This document shows positions 39,901 through 52,646 of a DNA stretch of 64,000 bases, in pieces. Both the position numbers and the translations under genes were made by a program. The number at the start of each line of letters is the position of its first letter. Position 1 is the stretch's first letter. Origin of the DNA: Chara braunii (lineage: Eukaryota > Plantae > Charophyceae); assembly GCA_003427395.1 (NCBI GenBank), contig BFEA01000037.1, forward strand, positions 1,098,804-1,162,803. Direction: 5' to 3'. The notes under the pieces are model-generated. The model was not told the DNA's origin. It made no database searches and worked only from the letters and a program-made list of their open reading frames with translations.

Positions 39901-40291
39901 GGAGTTTCTGCCAGAGGAGAGCATCTCACAAAAAACGTTGATTGCATATATGGAATCGTGGCATGTTCTTGACGAAATTGATGATGTGGATGGTTATTCT
40001 TATGTCGTTGAAATTCCTCTGCATTTGCATACTTACCCGGTGTTTCATGCCTCTAAGTTGCTCTCTTGTGTCAGCAGTGTTCTGTTTCCATCTCGAAGAT
40101 TCATTCCTCTTGATATGGATGGCAAGTATGACGTGGACCTGGTCGTTGTCGAGGATGTTTATAAATCTGAACGACATCATAAAGCCATATTTGTTTATCA
40201 AGAACATTCAGAAGATTGCTGGTTTACTAAAAATGAACTAATGGAAACAGTATCGCACATAGTGTCTTATTACGACAGAGCTAGGAAATAA
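35686..40291 (+). pseudogene. pol: Pol remainder (RT-RH-INT-chromodomain), heavily degenerate
   Basis: ORFs 35698, 37629, 38240, 38533, 38723, 39242 and 39938 (YPVFHASKL...EDCWFTKNEL). Confidence 0.9.
36262..37680 (+). mobile_element. hAT-type non-autonomous element (~1.4 kb)
   Basis: Imperfect TIR CAGAGAGTGCAAACGGG / CCCAGTTGCGAACTCTG; 8-bp TSD ACGTGGAC/ACGTGAAC; many GGGTA subterminal motifs; 10-bp GTTAGGGRCR array at 37150-37325. Confidence 0.88.
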
Positions 40292-40357
40292 ATTAATACA
40301 ATTAACAGATAAAGTTTGTAACTTTATCGGAGGACCTCGAAATTAGGCCGGCGAGAG

Positions 40358-40992
40358 TGAAAGGCATTTCACGTTGCAGACCCCAACTTCGAATCTCGGG
40401 GTTAAAAGTCCCCATGTCACAAGAGGCCAGGTCGGCCAGATTCAGAAAGGTTAAGTCGGGTACCCCAGAGGTCAAGTCCAACTGGTACCTTGTCAAAAGT
40501 CACGTCCTATAGTTGAGAGTCACATCCCAAAGGCAAAGGTCATGTCCCGCAGTCAAAGGTCACATCCCACAGACCAAAAGCAATAGCACACCAATTGAAC
40601 TCTGGGAGGTATCGGGCCTCAAAATTCTGAAAGCAAACAAGTTGTGGCAACGGGTACCGAGTCCAAGTCAAGCCAAGAGAAGCAGAGGCTGGGACGAGTC
40701 AAGGCGCAGTCCAAGTCAATATAGGGACTGGCTATCCACATTTTGGACAAATTGCTCATTCGCGAGAAGTGTGGAAGTGTTGCTGAACGCTTGTGCGCTA
40801 TATGTGAGGTGGCATGCACTGGAGCCCTGCCTGGGCAACACTGCACTGCTGAAGGAAGGCGGCCATAGCTGCACAACATAGTAGTTGGAGGGAGCTGAGT
40901 AGCAGGCGGGTGTATCCAGAGTCGAGATCTTCGTGTAGAGAGAGTGAGGGAGAAGGTGAGAGAGATAGCGCGGACACATGCATGGAGAGAGC

Positions 40993-41046
<54 letters not shown>

Positions 41047-41272
41047 GAGAGAGAGAGAGAGGATGTCACCTACCTAGATGAGGATGTTGGATATGGGTTG
41101 CTGAACTCTGGGCTGATGAGCACTGGTGACTAGAACTCCGAAATTGTTTAACATGAACATTCATTGGAATTCTTAAGGTGCGCTAATCTGGACTTTGCAT
41201 CTCTGGTCTCCAATGTGAATTTTGTGTGCTCTCTCATTGCGCATATGCAAGTGCATGGAGTGGTCTTATGCA
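40358..41272 (+). repeat. 3' LTR (family A copy 2)
   Basis: TGAAAGGC...TATGCA, direct repeat of the 26850 LTR; purine-rich tract before it. Confidence 0.9.
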
Positions 41273-41586
41273 TTTTGCTTCACTAGGCTGATCTGTCCTC
41301 CGGGGGACGACTTTGGGAACACTTCCGCTAGTTTTTTTTTTTAAGGATGACTAATCATAATAATAAATTTAAAGATTAATAAATATATAATAAATAAAGG
41401 GGAGTCCAAAGCTGCAGGAAATAGGCTTGGGGGAGACTTTGTGTGAAGGTGTTGATGGGACCCTGAAAAACGATCCTTGCAGCTACGGGAACGATGTTAT
41501 GGTCTAGAGCAGCACATGTGAAAAAAACATGCTGCTTGCCCAAGATGTCCTACGAAAAGAAACGAGTGCCTTGAAGAAAAAAAAAC

Positions 41587-42058
41587 AACGGCTAGCTCAT
41601 TTGGTAAGGCTTGCAAGTAACATTCAGGAGGTCGTGGGTTCAATTCCAATTGGCCGCCTGTACCTTCCTGGGCATGATTGGCACTCGCCACCTAAAGATA
41701 GACCACTGGATCCCCCGATTGACATTTAGCAGAGTTTGCTGATGTTCGTAGGAGGGGAGGGAGGCACAGGGATTGGTCTCGTTGGCATGGTCCCTGATGC
41801 TACCCGATGTTCCCTGGCCGGTATTGCCCACCTGTAGGTCGGGAGCAGCTCCCACGTGTTCTTTCGTGAACATGGTTCTGGCTGCCACGAGGTTCCCCGT
41901 ATGACTATAATCAGTAGTTGTAGGTAGGTATTGTGAGGTCCAATTGAGAGAAAAATGTAGCTTATTTTAAAAAATTAAAAAAAGAAAAAAAAATCTGCTC
42001 TATGCCCTGCATCGTTGGCAGGTTACAAGGCCTAAGAAGAAAAAGAAGAAAAAAAACC
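41587..42058 (+). mobile_element. tRNA-derived SINE-like element
   Basis: A box TAGCTCATTTGG and B box GGTTCAATTCC with tRNA spacing; A-rich tail; possible GAAGAAAAAAAAC TSD. Confidence 0.55.
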
Positions 42059-42685
42059 TTCCCCTCAATACGACTTTTTGCCCGCTATTGACGAGCATCA
42101 TCATATAGAGACAAACTTCCTCTCAGTGCCAGTGTCGGTGTGCGGTAATTCAAGACATATCCAAATATTAAAAAATGACACAAGGTCCGCTAAGCCTCGG
42201 TCGTTCAAAAGTTTACAATGGCCTCGAGTCAGAATGTTGTGCCTATTCCTCCCCGGCGCTCTTTTATAGGATCACATCCCCACGTGATTTCTCAGGACAC
42301 TCAAACTTTTACTACAAGTCATATCATCTCTTTCAGCAAGCCACACACCTGTGAGACTCACTCCCATACTTTAACCAATCTACCCCTGAGTAAGCACAAG
42401 AGCTTAAAACGCTTATTCAATCTAACATGAGGCTCCTTATGATCCGATATATACGTATAGTGTACTAAAAACTTGTATCCCTATCTTTCAATCCACTCGG
42501 TATATACTCAAGACCCTATTGACTAAAACACGAAATTGGAATAACACAATGGGTTAGTCTGTTATCTCTGCCTTTATATCCTTAGATCTCTCCATCTGAA
42601 CCTTCTAAACGCAACTTCTAGATGACCTAAAACACCCTTACGTACTAAAGCTTCCCAAGTCTAGGGGTTAAGGTTGATTACATTC

Positions 42686-43675
42686 TCATGCTGTTGTATT
42701 TCTCTTTAGCCCCCTTGACACCTTGCACCTTCGAGGGGTATGACCAACCTTCCCATAACAATCACACACTATCCTTGCCCATCGCTCTCGCCCTCTCTTA
42801 CTCCTACGCCTGGTCCAACTTACAGTTGGCGATGCCCCCATGTCAACACGCCCCTGATTTGGATCAGGTGCAATGGTAGGCAAGGCTATGCTAGATCCCT
42901 ACTCCTCTTTTACCTCAACCACCCCGTTTGCTTTATCCCACAATTCTTGCGAGGTGGTCACTATTTGCCTCGAACACTGCTCCTTTACGGTACCTTGACC
43001 TCCTTGGGCTAGGTTCCTCACTTTCCGTTGAGCCTTCGTCAACTTGGGAAGGTCACGCTCCTCCTTTACTTCAATCACCTTTTCACCTTCATTACTTCCT
43101 TTAACACTAGCCCGCCTTCTCGGGGTCCCCCTGAGGAGAAGTGACCCTTTGTCACCATCCTCTGCTCCTCCATCCTGACCAGCCGGCTCACTTGAGGCAC
43201 CCTCTAAAACCTTCCGTTTGCCCTTCCTAGCCTCTTCAAGTCACGTCAACCTTTTTTCCAGTATTCCAACTTGCCTTTGTATACCACTCAACTCTCCTGG
43301 TGCGGACGCAACTCCAACTGACTATACATGGTTCCCGCGATGTGGACTCTCTATTCCACCTTCTAAAAACCTTAACCTCAAAGAAGCCTCCAACTCGCCC
43401 CAAGTCTGCGATTTTAACATAAGAGTATACACTTCCTCACTCAACTCCTCGCAAATGAACAACGACCACATGCTCCACATCGCCTTTTCGTCCCACATCT
43501 TCGCGAGACTGAAGTTATGATAGCCACGTAGGAAGGCAGACAAATTCCTTCCCTGGAACAACATGGCATGAAGATCTTGGGGCATCGAGTCATATACTGA
43601 CTCGCACAACAACATTCTGCTGAGGCACGTGCTCCTCCAGTGCAGGATTTTGGCCAAGCCACTTCCTTGAGCCAT
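42686..43675 (-). pseudogene. Gag-like ORF remnant with a decayed zinc knuckle
   Basis: LFQGRNLSAFLRGY...W...TWGELEASLRLRF, then coiled-coil-like and charged segments, then CDCYGKVGHTPRRC. Confidence 0.6.
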
Positions 43676-46600
43676 GATGTTGATACCGGCCTGACACGCA
43701 TGACAAGCAATCGATCATCAGACTGTGGCGCAAGAAGGCTCAAAACAAATAAGGCTAATAAAAACTGTTAATACTCATTTCCCACTGACGACTTTCCTGT
43801 TCACACCACAAGGTCTAAACTTTAGTCAGCCTTGCTTTAACTTTAAGGGCAATATGAACAGTATACAACCTATATAGGCAGGATTTTCAAGCCAGTCATA
43901 AGTCGGCTGTAATCGTGGCTACAAATGTTACTGACCCTCGTACTCATATCACATAATGAAGTGACCGTAGACAAGTCTGCAAGAGATGCAGTTGGCAGAG
44001 CGTGAGGGTACTCCCTATCTACTCGCTACCGTCCGAATCTCGTCCCAATCTACAACCCTTTCGTCTGGATCATGGGATCTCGCATAAGCGTCAACCGCAT
44101 TGACCAGATCCCTGAGTCCTTGACTATGGGGCAGAAACCTTTGGTCCAAGTACAAGCCGTATATCAACTCGCACGTGTATCGTGCATGTCCCCATGCTCG
44201 TGTTTTCAAAGCGGCTTCTGCTGTGGTGTTTACCCTCTCATGTCCCCCAAAACACTTCTCTACCAGGAACTCGGGCAAGATAACTCGTAGGGGGGCCGAA
44301 GGTAGTACAAACTCTTATGTACGCTTGACCTCTATGCGGGTCTCTACCTGTTCCTCTCCTTCATGGTTTCTGCCTTTCGCCCACTTTGTCGCTGCTCTCT
44401 CAGCTATCCTCAAAGGCCTTGCGAGCAGGCTTCTATGCCCAAGTGCCAACTCAATCCCATGTAAGACCCAAAACGAGGGAGACACATACAAGGTCACTCT
44501 CACGATCGCGCAGTCATGACCATCCTCGAAACCGGACTTGATCAAGACGAAAATATCTTTGTTTATTAGTATGCCCTGCCAGGAAGAGATGTATTATCCT
44601 TCCTTGACTCGCCTTGGCAAGGATATCTCAAACCCATCTTTCTTCCTGACCGGCAAGGTCACACTAAGATTTTGAGTTGCCTTTGCTCTAGTCTGGGTTT
44701 TGCCCAACGTCTAGCATACACCTTTCGTTACTATGCTAACAATCGTGTCCTATCTTTATCTTTAAGGCCTTAGCCTCAAATTATCTTTCACTAAAATGTT
44801 TCATTTCCAGTGTTTATGACCACCCAGCTTAGAGGAAATAATAATGATAATATATCAAAATAATAGCACATTCACGGATATCAAAATTCATAATCATATT
44901 TACTCATGGAAAAATGATATATCACTTTAATAACTGACATCAACAATTCTTATAACAACCAAACACATTATGTATAAGCTAGTCAGTTGTCCAAAGCACA
45001 TACAAACACTTCATAATAAGTTCATATCAACAGACATTTCATATAATAAATATGTCATGATCAGAGATAAGACTGCTAACAATTAGCACTCTCAGAGATA
45101 ATACCAACGACAGTACCACATTTTACTCCTGTAGCTTTGACAGAAGTATACTGTGGCGAGAAAGGATAGCATCTCAAATCCCCGAGCCCCGCTCTAGGAT
45201 CAAGCCTCACTGCTTCTCCCTCCGATTCCAGCACTGGCTCCTTGCAGACTCTTGCTGACAAAGTAAACAACCTCACCACACACGCTTCGAGATGTACTGT
45301 CTCGTCCTGTGCTGGTGAACGCAATTGACACAAAAATAGTTGGGGATTCACCCCCTACCTCTTTGTAGCATGTAGTAGTTGCTTTCCTCATAGACCATGG
45401 TCTAACAAGGCTCAAATACTTTTCTCATTTTCAGTAGTAGTGTAGTTATCTTATCATAGAGGCTACAACAACAACACCCCACTATGGACCAGGAACACAG
45501 TTCTAGCGGCGGTCTCACTACTACTTACAAGACAAAGTTATAACTTCTTAAAAGACATTTCTTAGGAGAACAATAATATAGGATTTCACTCTTTCTCAGG
45601 GTAGACCTTACACATTGACCATTCTACGAGAAGAAACTTGTCTCAAGGAAGTGGTCACTTCATTCACCTCTGAATCCGCATCAGACGTGGATTGTGCGCA
45701 ATATGCCTCTACCCTTCTTTGAGGAGCAATCCAAACACATAAACTTAATAAACAACCATAAGCCGATAATCGGACTGGAGGCACTCATATAAATCCTTGC
45801 AGACTGACAAGTTCAAATACATACTTCAAATGCATAGCCCATGTAAATATTTCTTGTACTCAACAGTACATAGCCTCGCATAATTTGAACACTTGCCAAA
45901 CTCACTTACATTAACTCTGACATATATGGATGGGTTCAACATATAACTCAGACAAAATATCTTTAGAAGATAATAGTCTTAAGTTCTTAGCTCAAACCTC
46001 ATAGATTCAAGTGGATGGTCCAAACCTGGAAAGGTTCAAGCGAAGGTACAACTCATCGCCCTATCAAGGGTGAACAAAATAGTCTAAGCGCTAGTCCTTT
46101 CGCTATTATCCCAACTGCCTCTAGGATCAAATACCCAGTTTCTGAAAAGGTGCCATGCAGATTTACTACTTCCCGTAGTCCTCTCCATTAAGGTCATTGC
46201 TCGTCGTTGATCGCATCTGCTTATCGTCGTGTATGCCTAATTGAAACATATCACACGGGGCAGACTGCACATTTCCATGGCTATATAAGTTGAACAGCCG
46301 CGTAGAACCCAGACTCCACGATCTCAATCCATACTCATAAAAAAAACTTTTAGCGTTCTTAGCCTAACCCTCCTTAAAGTCTCTCGACGACTTCTAATAT
46401 AATAGGATCCCTTACACATTTTTGGCCTCACTCTAATGCAAAAACACCAAGTTGCTCTCATGACCACTTAGATAACCCTTTCGATCATAGTAGGTACCTT
46501 ATAGGGTCAATTTTCTCAATGGACGTTCTAAGCCCGACGTCACTTTATCTTACCCTGACCATACCAACCATGCAAACCAACGTCCAACCCCGTCAACTAT

Positions 46601-48569
46601 CGTTGTCAGAAGGGGTACCAACTCCAACTTTCATCCTACTAGTCACCGTACATTAACTCATAGTCAAAACGCTTATCCCTCTTGTGCTATCCCTACTGTG
46701 CTAGCCAAAACCAACTCACACAATCAATTCTCACTCGCTCTCTATCCAATACCATCAATCGATTAACCATAAAATTTCGAAGAAAACTTCTCATTTTGCC
46801 TAGTTCTTACTTCCCCATACCCGAATGTCGTTCCACTAGGGACAACGGTAAGCAATCGTTATCCCCAGCTACGGCGCTACCTGTCGAGCGCATCGGTCCG
46901 GCACCGCACAAGGCAGCGCGGGACCCTCCCGGCCGCGTCACGCAGGAGTTGGTCTTAATCCTCGTCACAAATACACTTGGAGCTTCCGCAAGTCGCTCAA
47001 ACCGAATGCGTCAGCCAAAGCTCTCGCGAACCCCCACGACAAGATAGGGCCTATGCGAGGCACGACTTACCTCCACCTTACGGGAGTTGTCAGCTCCCTT
47101 CGGTGGACGTATCCCCGCTGAGCTACCAGTCCACAGTACGAAAGCTAATCAGCTGCAATTGCACAGGTGGATCAGTCAAGGGCGTTTCTTGTTCGCTGTA
47201 TCATAGGGGGTACGCGGGGTATTACGCCTCTATTGGACCCGCACGCGAACCGACGCCTTGGGGGGTTGAGATCCCAAGCGTGACTCGTCGTCGGTCGACT
47301 AAGACGCATCCCACACACCACACATACACCACTCTAAAGAACATAAAAATAAAAACACACACACATACACATACATTTACAAAACGACAGAGGACAAACA
47401 ACGAGACAACACTCCTAGTCCCTTAGTAGTCATCTCATAACTTTCCGATGCGGAAATCGGATAGGCGTCGCGTGCGAGACTTAGTATAAAACCACGCGGA
47501 CGCAAGGCTTACTCATATCGATTCCCAATGCAAGCATACGCAAGCAGTCGCAATGATAGCGTTATATGTAGTACTCATACTTATGCGGTCCTCGTTAATC
47601 TCGAGGTTCGCATTCGACACTCAAGTGTCGGTTGACACGCGCCTTGAGGGATTGATCTCTCGACGCTAGATACCCGCCAAGTGCGGTTGAGAACCACACC
47701 CTCTTCTGCACCCTGCGGAAAATGGGTGGTACACAGGTTCATACCTGTGGTAACAATCGTCTTTTATCACCCTGGAAACCAACTCCTTCATCTAGGGCCT
47801 GGAGAGAAATCAAGGGGTTTGACTTTGACGGCTTCCACGGACTACAACGTCCAATCATAGAAATTCTATAAATCAAAGGTTAAAAGGGAAAGTCATTTTT
47901 TTCTCGAAAACATAATCTGTTTAACCCTTACGCACGGTCACAGCAGGCCACACGAAACACTTAAGACATATGTATTTACATATATATAGAGGGTTATTAA
48001 TATAGGACGATCACTTCTCACAGTCACAGTGAGACTCCTCGACAGTCAAATCTAAAGTCCGAATCACCGAACATACCTGCAATCACATCAAAGATCCAAC
48101 CAAAAGTCCATGCACTACTCGTGGTCAACTTCAATCATTATCTGCACTCACACCCCTTGTTTTAGCCATGCAAGCCTCACTCTTGTGCAACTCCTCAAAA
48201 TCAAATGCTCAGTACTTTTCTTAAATGGTCATTCAAATAAAGTCTGGGCGAAAACATAACAAACCAGTTGAAATCACAATGCTAAAGCCTTTAGGTTGAG
48301 TGACAAGAGTGGGTTGGAGTTGAGTCGTAAACCGACGAATCGGCAACCGACCTGTTATCAGTGATAACAGAAGATGATCATCGTAGGATTAAGTTAAAAC
48401 TAACCCAAATCCTGAATCAATCAATCAAGAAGACCTGTAACACAGAACAGACCAATCCCCAAGTTAAATCTATAAGTCCATGGAGAATAATCTTCATATC
48501 ATGATCTTGCTCAAAATCATTTTATTCAACTAAGCGTAAGTCTAACTCTAAGCAAGTGTCAAAAGGAAG

Positions 48570-49200
48570 GTAGTCTCTGGCAGAATCTCCTCTATACAGA
48601 GTGAATTTCTAGGATTGTCATCTGTCAAAATATAATCTTACTCCTTTAAACTAAGAAAAAATTTGGCAATGCTTTCCGTAGGAAAAGTGTCTTATTAGAA
48701 TTTATACTTACTCAAATATGAAAACAAAAACAATCTCTGATTCTGAAAAGTTAAATTTTGTTCAACTCTCTGAATTAGTAAAAATTTGGGCAGCATTTCC
48801 TTTAGAAAAGTAGATTTTCCAGATTTATACTAAGTCAGATATGAACTAAGAAACAAGATATGAGTTCAACTAAGACAAAATTTAACTAACTCCTTAGATT
48901 TGTAGAAATTTTGGCAGCACTCCCTTTGGAAGAGTGTTAATCCAAAATTTATACAAAGTTAAGTTCAGAATCTAAAGTGACTTTGACTTCTCAAGGTCCA
49001 ATTTTGTCTAACTTCCTGAAGTAGCAAAAATTCGGGCAGCACTCCATTTAGAAAAGGAGGCTTTTCAGATTTTTACTAAGTCAAAAAGTCAGACAAACTG
49101 AACCTTGAAAAGACAAAATATGACTAACTCCTTGGTTTTGTAGAAATTTCGGCAGCTCTTCCCGTAGAGAAAGTAGCTTACCAAGATTTATACAAGGCCA
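48570..49200. repeat. Array of 5-6 ~120-bp units, each with a ~60-nt hairpin
   Basis: GGCAGC/GGCAAT cores at ~48579, 48665, 48789, 48913, 49035 and 49151, within inverted arms. Confidence 0.85.
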
Positions 49201-49487
49201 AGTATAATAAATGATAATAGAAAATGCAGAAATCGACCTAAGTAAAAATAAAATTAGCTCACAAAATGCAGGAATTGAAACTAACTCCTAGGGCTCTAGC
49301 ACGTGGCGAGGAACTAAAGCAACTACCTATCAAACTGAAACTCAGACTCAGTAATAGTCTCACTCAGCCACATGCAGGCCAAACCACAAAGGTAAGTACT
49401 CTCACCGTCCCAAAGTCCACTTTATCAAACAATAGTTCATAGTCTCTCAATGATTTATCCCTTTATACCCAGCTTGCATAGGGCATA

Positions 49488-50210
49488 AAGTTAGACCACT
49501 CAAACTTATGGAACATGTCTAGCTTAACAATGAAATATACACAAACATAGAGCACAACAACTTTTCTCTTCTTTGGGCATATGATTAGGCCACCCTAGTC
49601 ACCCTGAACTGTTTAAGTATCCCAACTTTATATAACTATCTGCACTTAGTCTTTTGAGGTAGCATATAACTGAACCGATCATCTTTAGCTCAAGATTCAG
49701 TATGCCCCTTCGGAACACAAATTTATTCTTAATTAGTACTCTTTTCAGTTGGTGATAAACTATAATCAGACCACCCAAACTTATGGAACCTTGTCTGACT
49801 AGCCTGTTCATAAGTAGGATAGTAATAAAGTATAGTCAAGTTATAGCCTTCTGGTTCTAGCATGTGCGTGACGGTGGACCAAAACCACCCAAACTTATGG
49901 AACATGTCTTGGTCCTCATCCTGCTTCATTTCTCTTAAAACGAAAGCAAGAAGAGGCTAAGCCACTCAAACTTATGGAACATGCTCAGACCTCCTCGTTC
50001 AGAATAAACAAAAATTGAAAGAAAACCCCAAAGTAAACAAAGTGATCAAACCACTCAAACTTATGGAACATGCTTGGTCCCTGAAAGTCAATCACAGTCA
50101 GCCCTCACAAGTCAGAGCAACCAGACCACCCAAACTTATGAAACGTGTCTGGTTCTTCAGACAATTCAAAATAAACATAGCACTTGGTCTCCCCAAACTT
50201 ATGGAGACTT
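49488..50210. repeat. Array of 7-8 stem-loops with conserved loop CACYCAAACTTATGGAACAT and unique spacers
   Basis: Cores at 49497, (49619), 49772, 49886, 49963, 50052, 50127 and 50189. Confidence 0.9.
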
Positions 50211-51119
50211 GCGCAGCCTTTGATAGACCCAGCCAAACAATACTGTGTTCCTCCCATCCTTCCCCTAGATGCAATCCCACAGTTCACTTTCAGTCAAATA
50301 ATGAAACTGAAATTGACATTGCACATACATCCCTTTACTTAGTCTGGTTTATGCCCTGAAGTCATACCGAAAGTCATAGTACGGAAACAGACAAAATACT
50401 CAGCCAACCATAGCAAGGAATACAGATAGGGGTTATAACTGGGTTATAGAAGTAAGATGAAACTTTACCTCTCAGTTCCCTGCCTTCAGAATTCCTCCTG
50501 AGTTCCGGCAGAGCTCCCACAATTGGTGGGCTGACTCCCCACAAAGTCATGATGTGGTCCTACGGGTTGCAATTCCACCTGCCGCCTTCCTCTCAGCACT
50601 AGACTAGACTTAGAGTAAGAAGGGTAGAAGATAAGGGGTTTCAGACGCTCGAGATACAAGAGGGGGACAGACTCAACTCGCGGGAGAGGGCCTTGTTATC
50701 TTCCGTCGCCTGAGGGCCCCGTAATAATGGCAAAAAATGTGCAGCAGTTTAGTCAAGCAGAAGTCAAATTGTTGATAGATGGCACCTTGACAGGGCTTTA
50801 AGTCGCAGTTGTAACCCCCTTCACAAGCCCGATCTCGCCACCAAGTCTCACTACCTCGATCTCAGACAGCACCGTCGATTGGCAATGGTGCACACCTCCC
50901 TCACACTTCATCAGAATGTTGGCGACGCGTAACAATACACAACAAAATACAGTTTACTCAGTCAACTGCAATCAAAATGCCACCTATTAACTCCTCGGTG
51001 GTTCTCCTGCTCGCAGTAAAGACCCCCTCTAACGTCATAACGAACTAGCAGCGTGGTTTGGCACATAGTAGGTGACGTGCATGCCTTTGGCTGTGCAGTC
51101 TTCACCAAGCTCCGGTACG

Positions 51120-51610
51120 TACCCGACGAAACAGGTAAGTCGTTACCCAACAATTGACCTCCCTGGTGATCTGGTTAAAGGGATGAGCGGCATCCCGACT
51201 AACAGGTAAGTAAGCTTATCCCTGTCGGTAGGATGAGCATAATCGGATGAATCTTCCGCTCGGACATAGAAATATATGCTGGTTTCCAGGCATGCCTGTA
51301 GGGATAGAGGGCCGCCACATTCGTCAACAGGATGAGCAAAAATCGGAATGAATCTCCCACTTAAAATGCGGGACGATACTTCACGACGTTGTGTCGAGGG
51401 TGCACGACACCAATCTGACCACCCAATAAGTCTTTTTTTTTTTTTTTTTTTTTTTTTTTCCCTTTCTCGGTGAGATGAATTAGTCGGAATGAATCTCCTG
51501 CTAGAATCATGAGCCACATACGCCCCGACCAAGTAAGTATGTTCGTCCCGACTTGCCTCCGCCCTTTTACTCACCAGCTATGCGATAAGAAAATGAATCT
51601 TCTACGAGGA
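51120..51610. repeat. Interspersed motif array (GATGA...TCGGAATGAATCT and CCCGAC...AGGTAAGT)
   Basis: Copies at ~51231, 51330, 51472, 51583 and at ~51122, 51194, 51524. Confidence 0.7.
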
Positions 51611-52646
51611 CCGAAGAAGGTACATCATTCCTCCTGTTGCGGGACTCTACTCTCATACCCTGCACGACTTGACATAGCCAATCAGCTAGGACCCTCTCTC
51701 GCTCGCTCACGAGCCATCTTCAATCACCGCTTACGTTGGTTGACACTTCACACAGTTTTCGGCTACTATACGTATGAAATAACAATGAACCTCCCCCTAA
51801 AACATTGGGAGATACATTCTGTCAAGACAAAGTCATCTTCGACATAGCTTCTAATCGTTTCAGCACAACAACCAACCTCTAAATCTGAAGTCTGGCCCTA
51901 CCATCGAATTCATCTAGCCCCAAAACCTTAGTGTAGAGCTTCTATCCGTCGAAAGCGGTCAAGGGACGATCGTCTTGACAGTCCTCTCTCTCCTCCTCCT
52001 TTCCTCCCGCCATCTCCGCGCGATGTCTTTCTCTACTAACTTTTATATCTCTAACTTTCTTCTAAAACTGACGTCACCATTCGATTCGCTCGGGGTAAAA
52101 ACCCCGAGATCAACTTTTTGTTCAACCGATTCGGCAAGGAAGCGGGCGAGCTATGAGTTATCTGCTTCATCATATCTCCTTCTCCCGTTACCTTCGCACT
52201 GTTTATTGCTCTCCTACTACCTTTCCTAGCCATCTACACGCCAAACTAACACCACTAATCGATTCGCAATGTCCGAAAACCCGCACTTAGGATCCTACCT
52301 CGCCCGATTCTATAAGGAATCGGGGAGATATCATTTTTTTTTCTCCCACCATATCTACTTTCGCTATAGTTTCGCGCACCTCACTTCCGTTCTACTGTCA
52401 AAACTACTCACTCAACCCCAAATCCAGCTTCGTCAACGGATTCGCCCCGCCTAAAAACCCGAGGTTTGGTCTTTACTCTACCCAAATCCGTTGGGAAACA
52501 AGGGTGCAACAAGCTTTTCACCCTTCTTCCCCACTCTTCCCCTTTCTCCAAATGAACCCGACACGAAAATACGCCCTGATTCATTCCCTTTTCTTGCCTT
52601 CCTTTGCCTCGCACTAACGCTGGCCATCTCCCTTCCTTCGCGCCCA

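Larger units (their letters stand above)
26850..41272 (+). mobile_element. Old chromoviral Gypsy element, family A copy 2, with several nested insertions
   Basis: LTRs at 26850-~27747 and 40358-41272; decayed gag-PR-RT-RH-INT-chromo; flanks CTTT/TTTT. Confidence 0.9.

Noticed and set aside
41590-41660. Functional tRNA gene
   Set aside because: A and B boxes are present but the acceptor and anticodon stems are poor; better explained as a SINE head
49488-50210. Bona fide CRISPR array
   Set aside because: Eukaryotic TE context, no cas genes, irregular spacing, and the conserved part is the loop rather than a palindromic repeat
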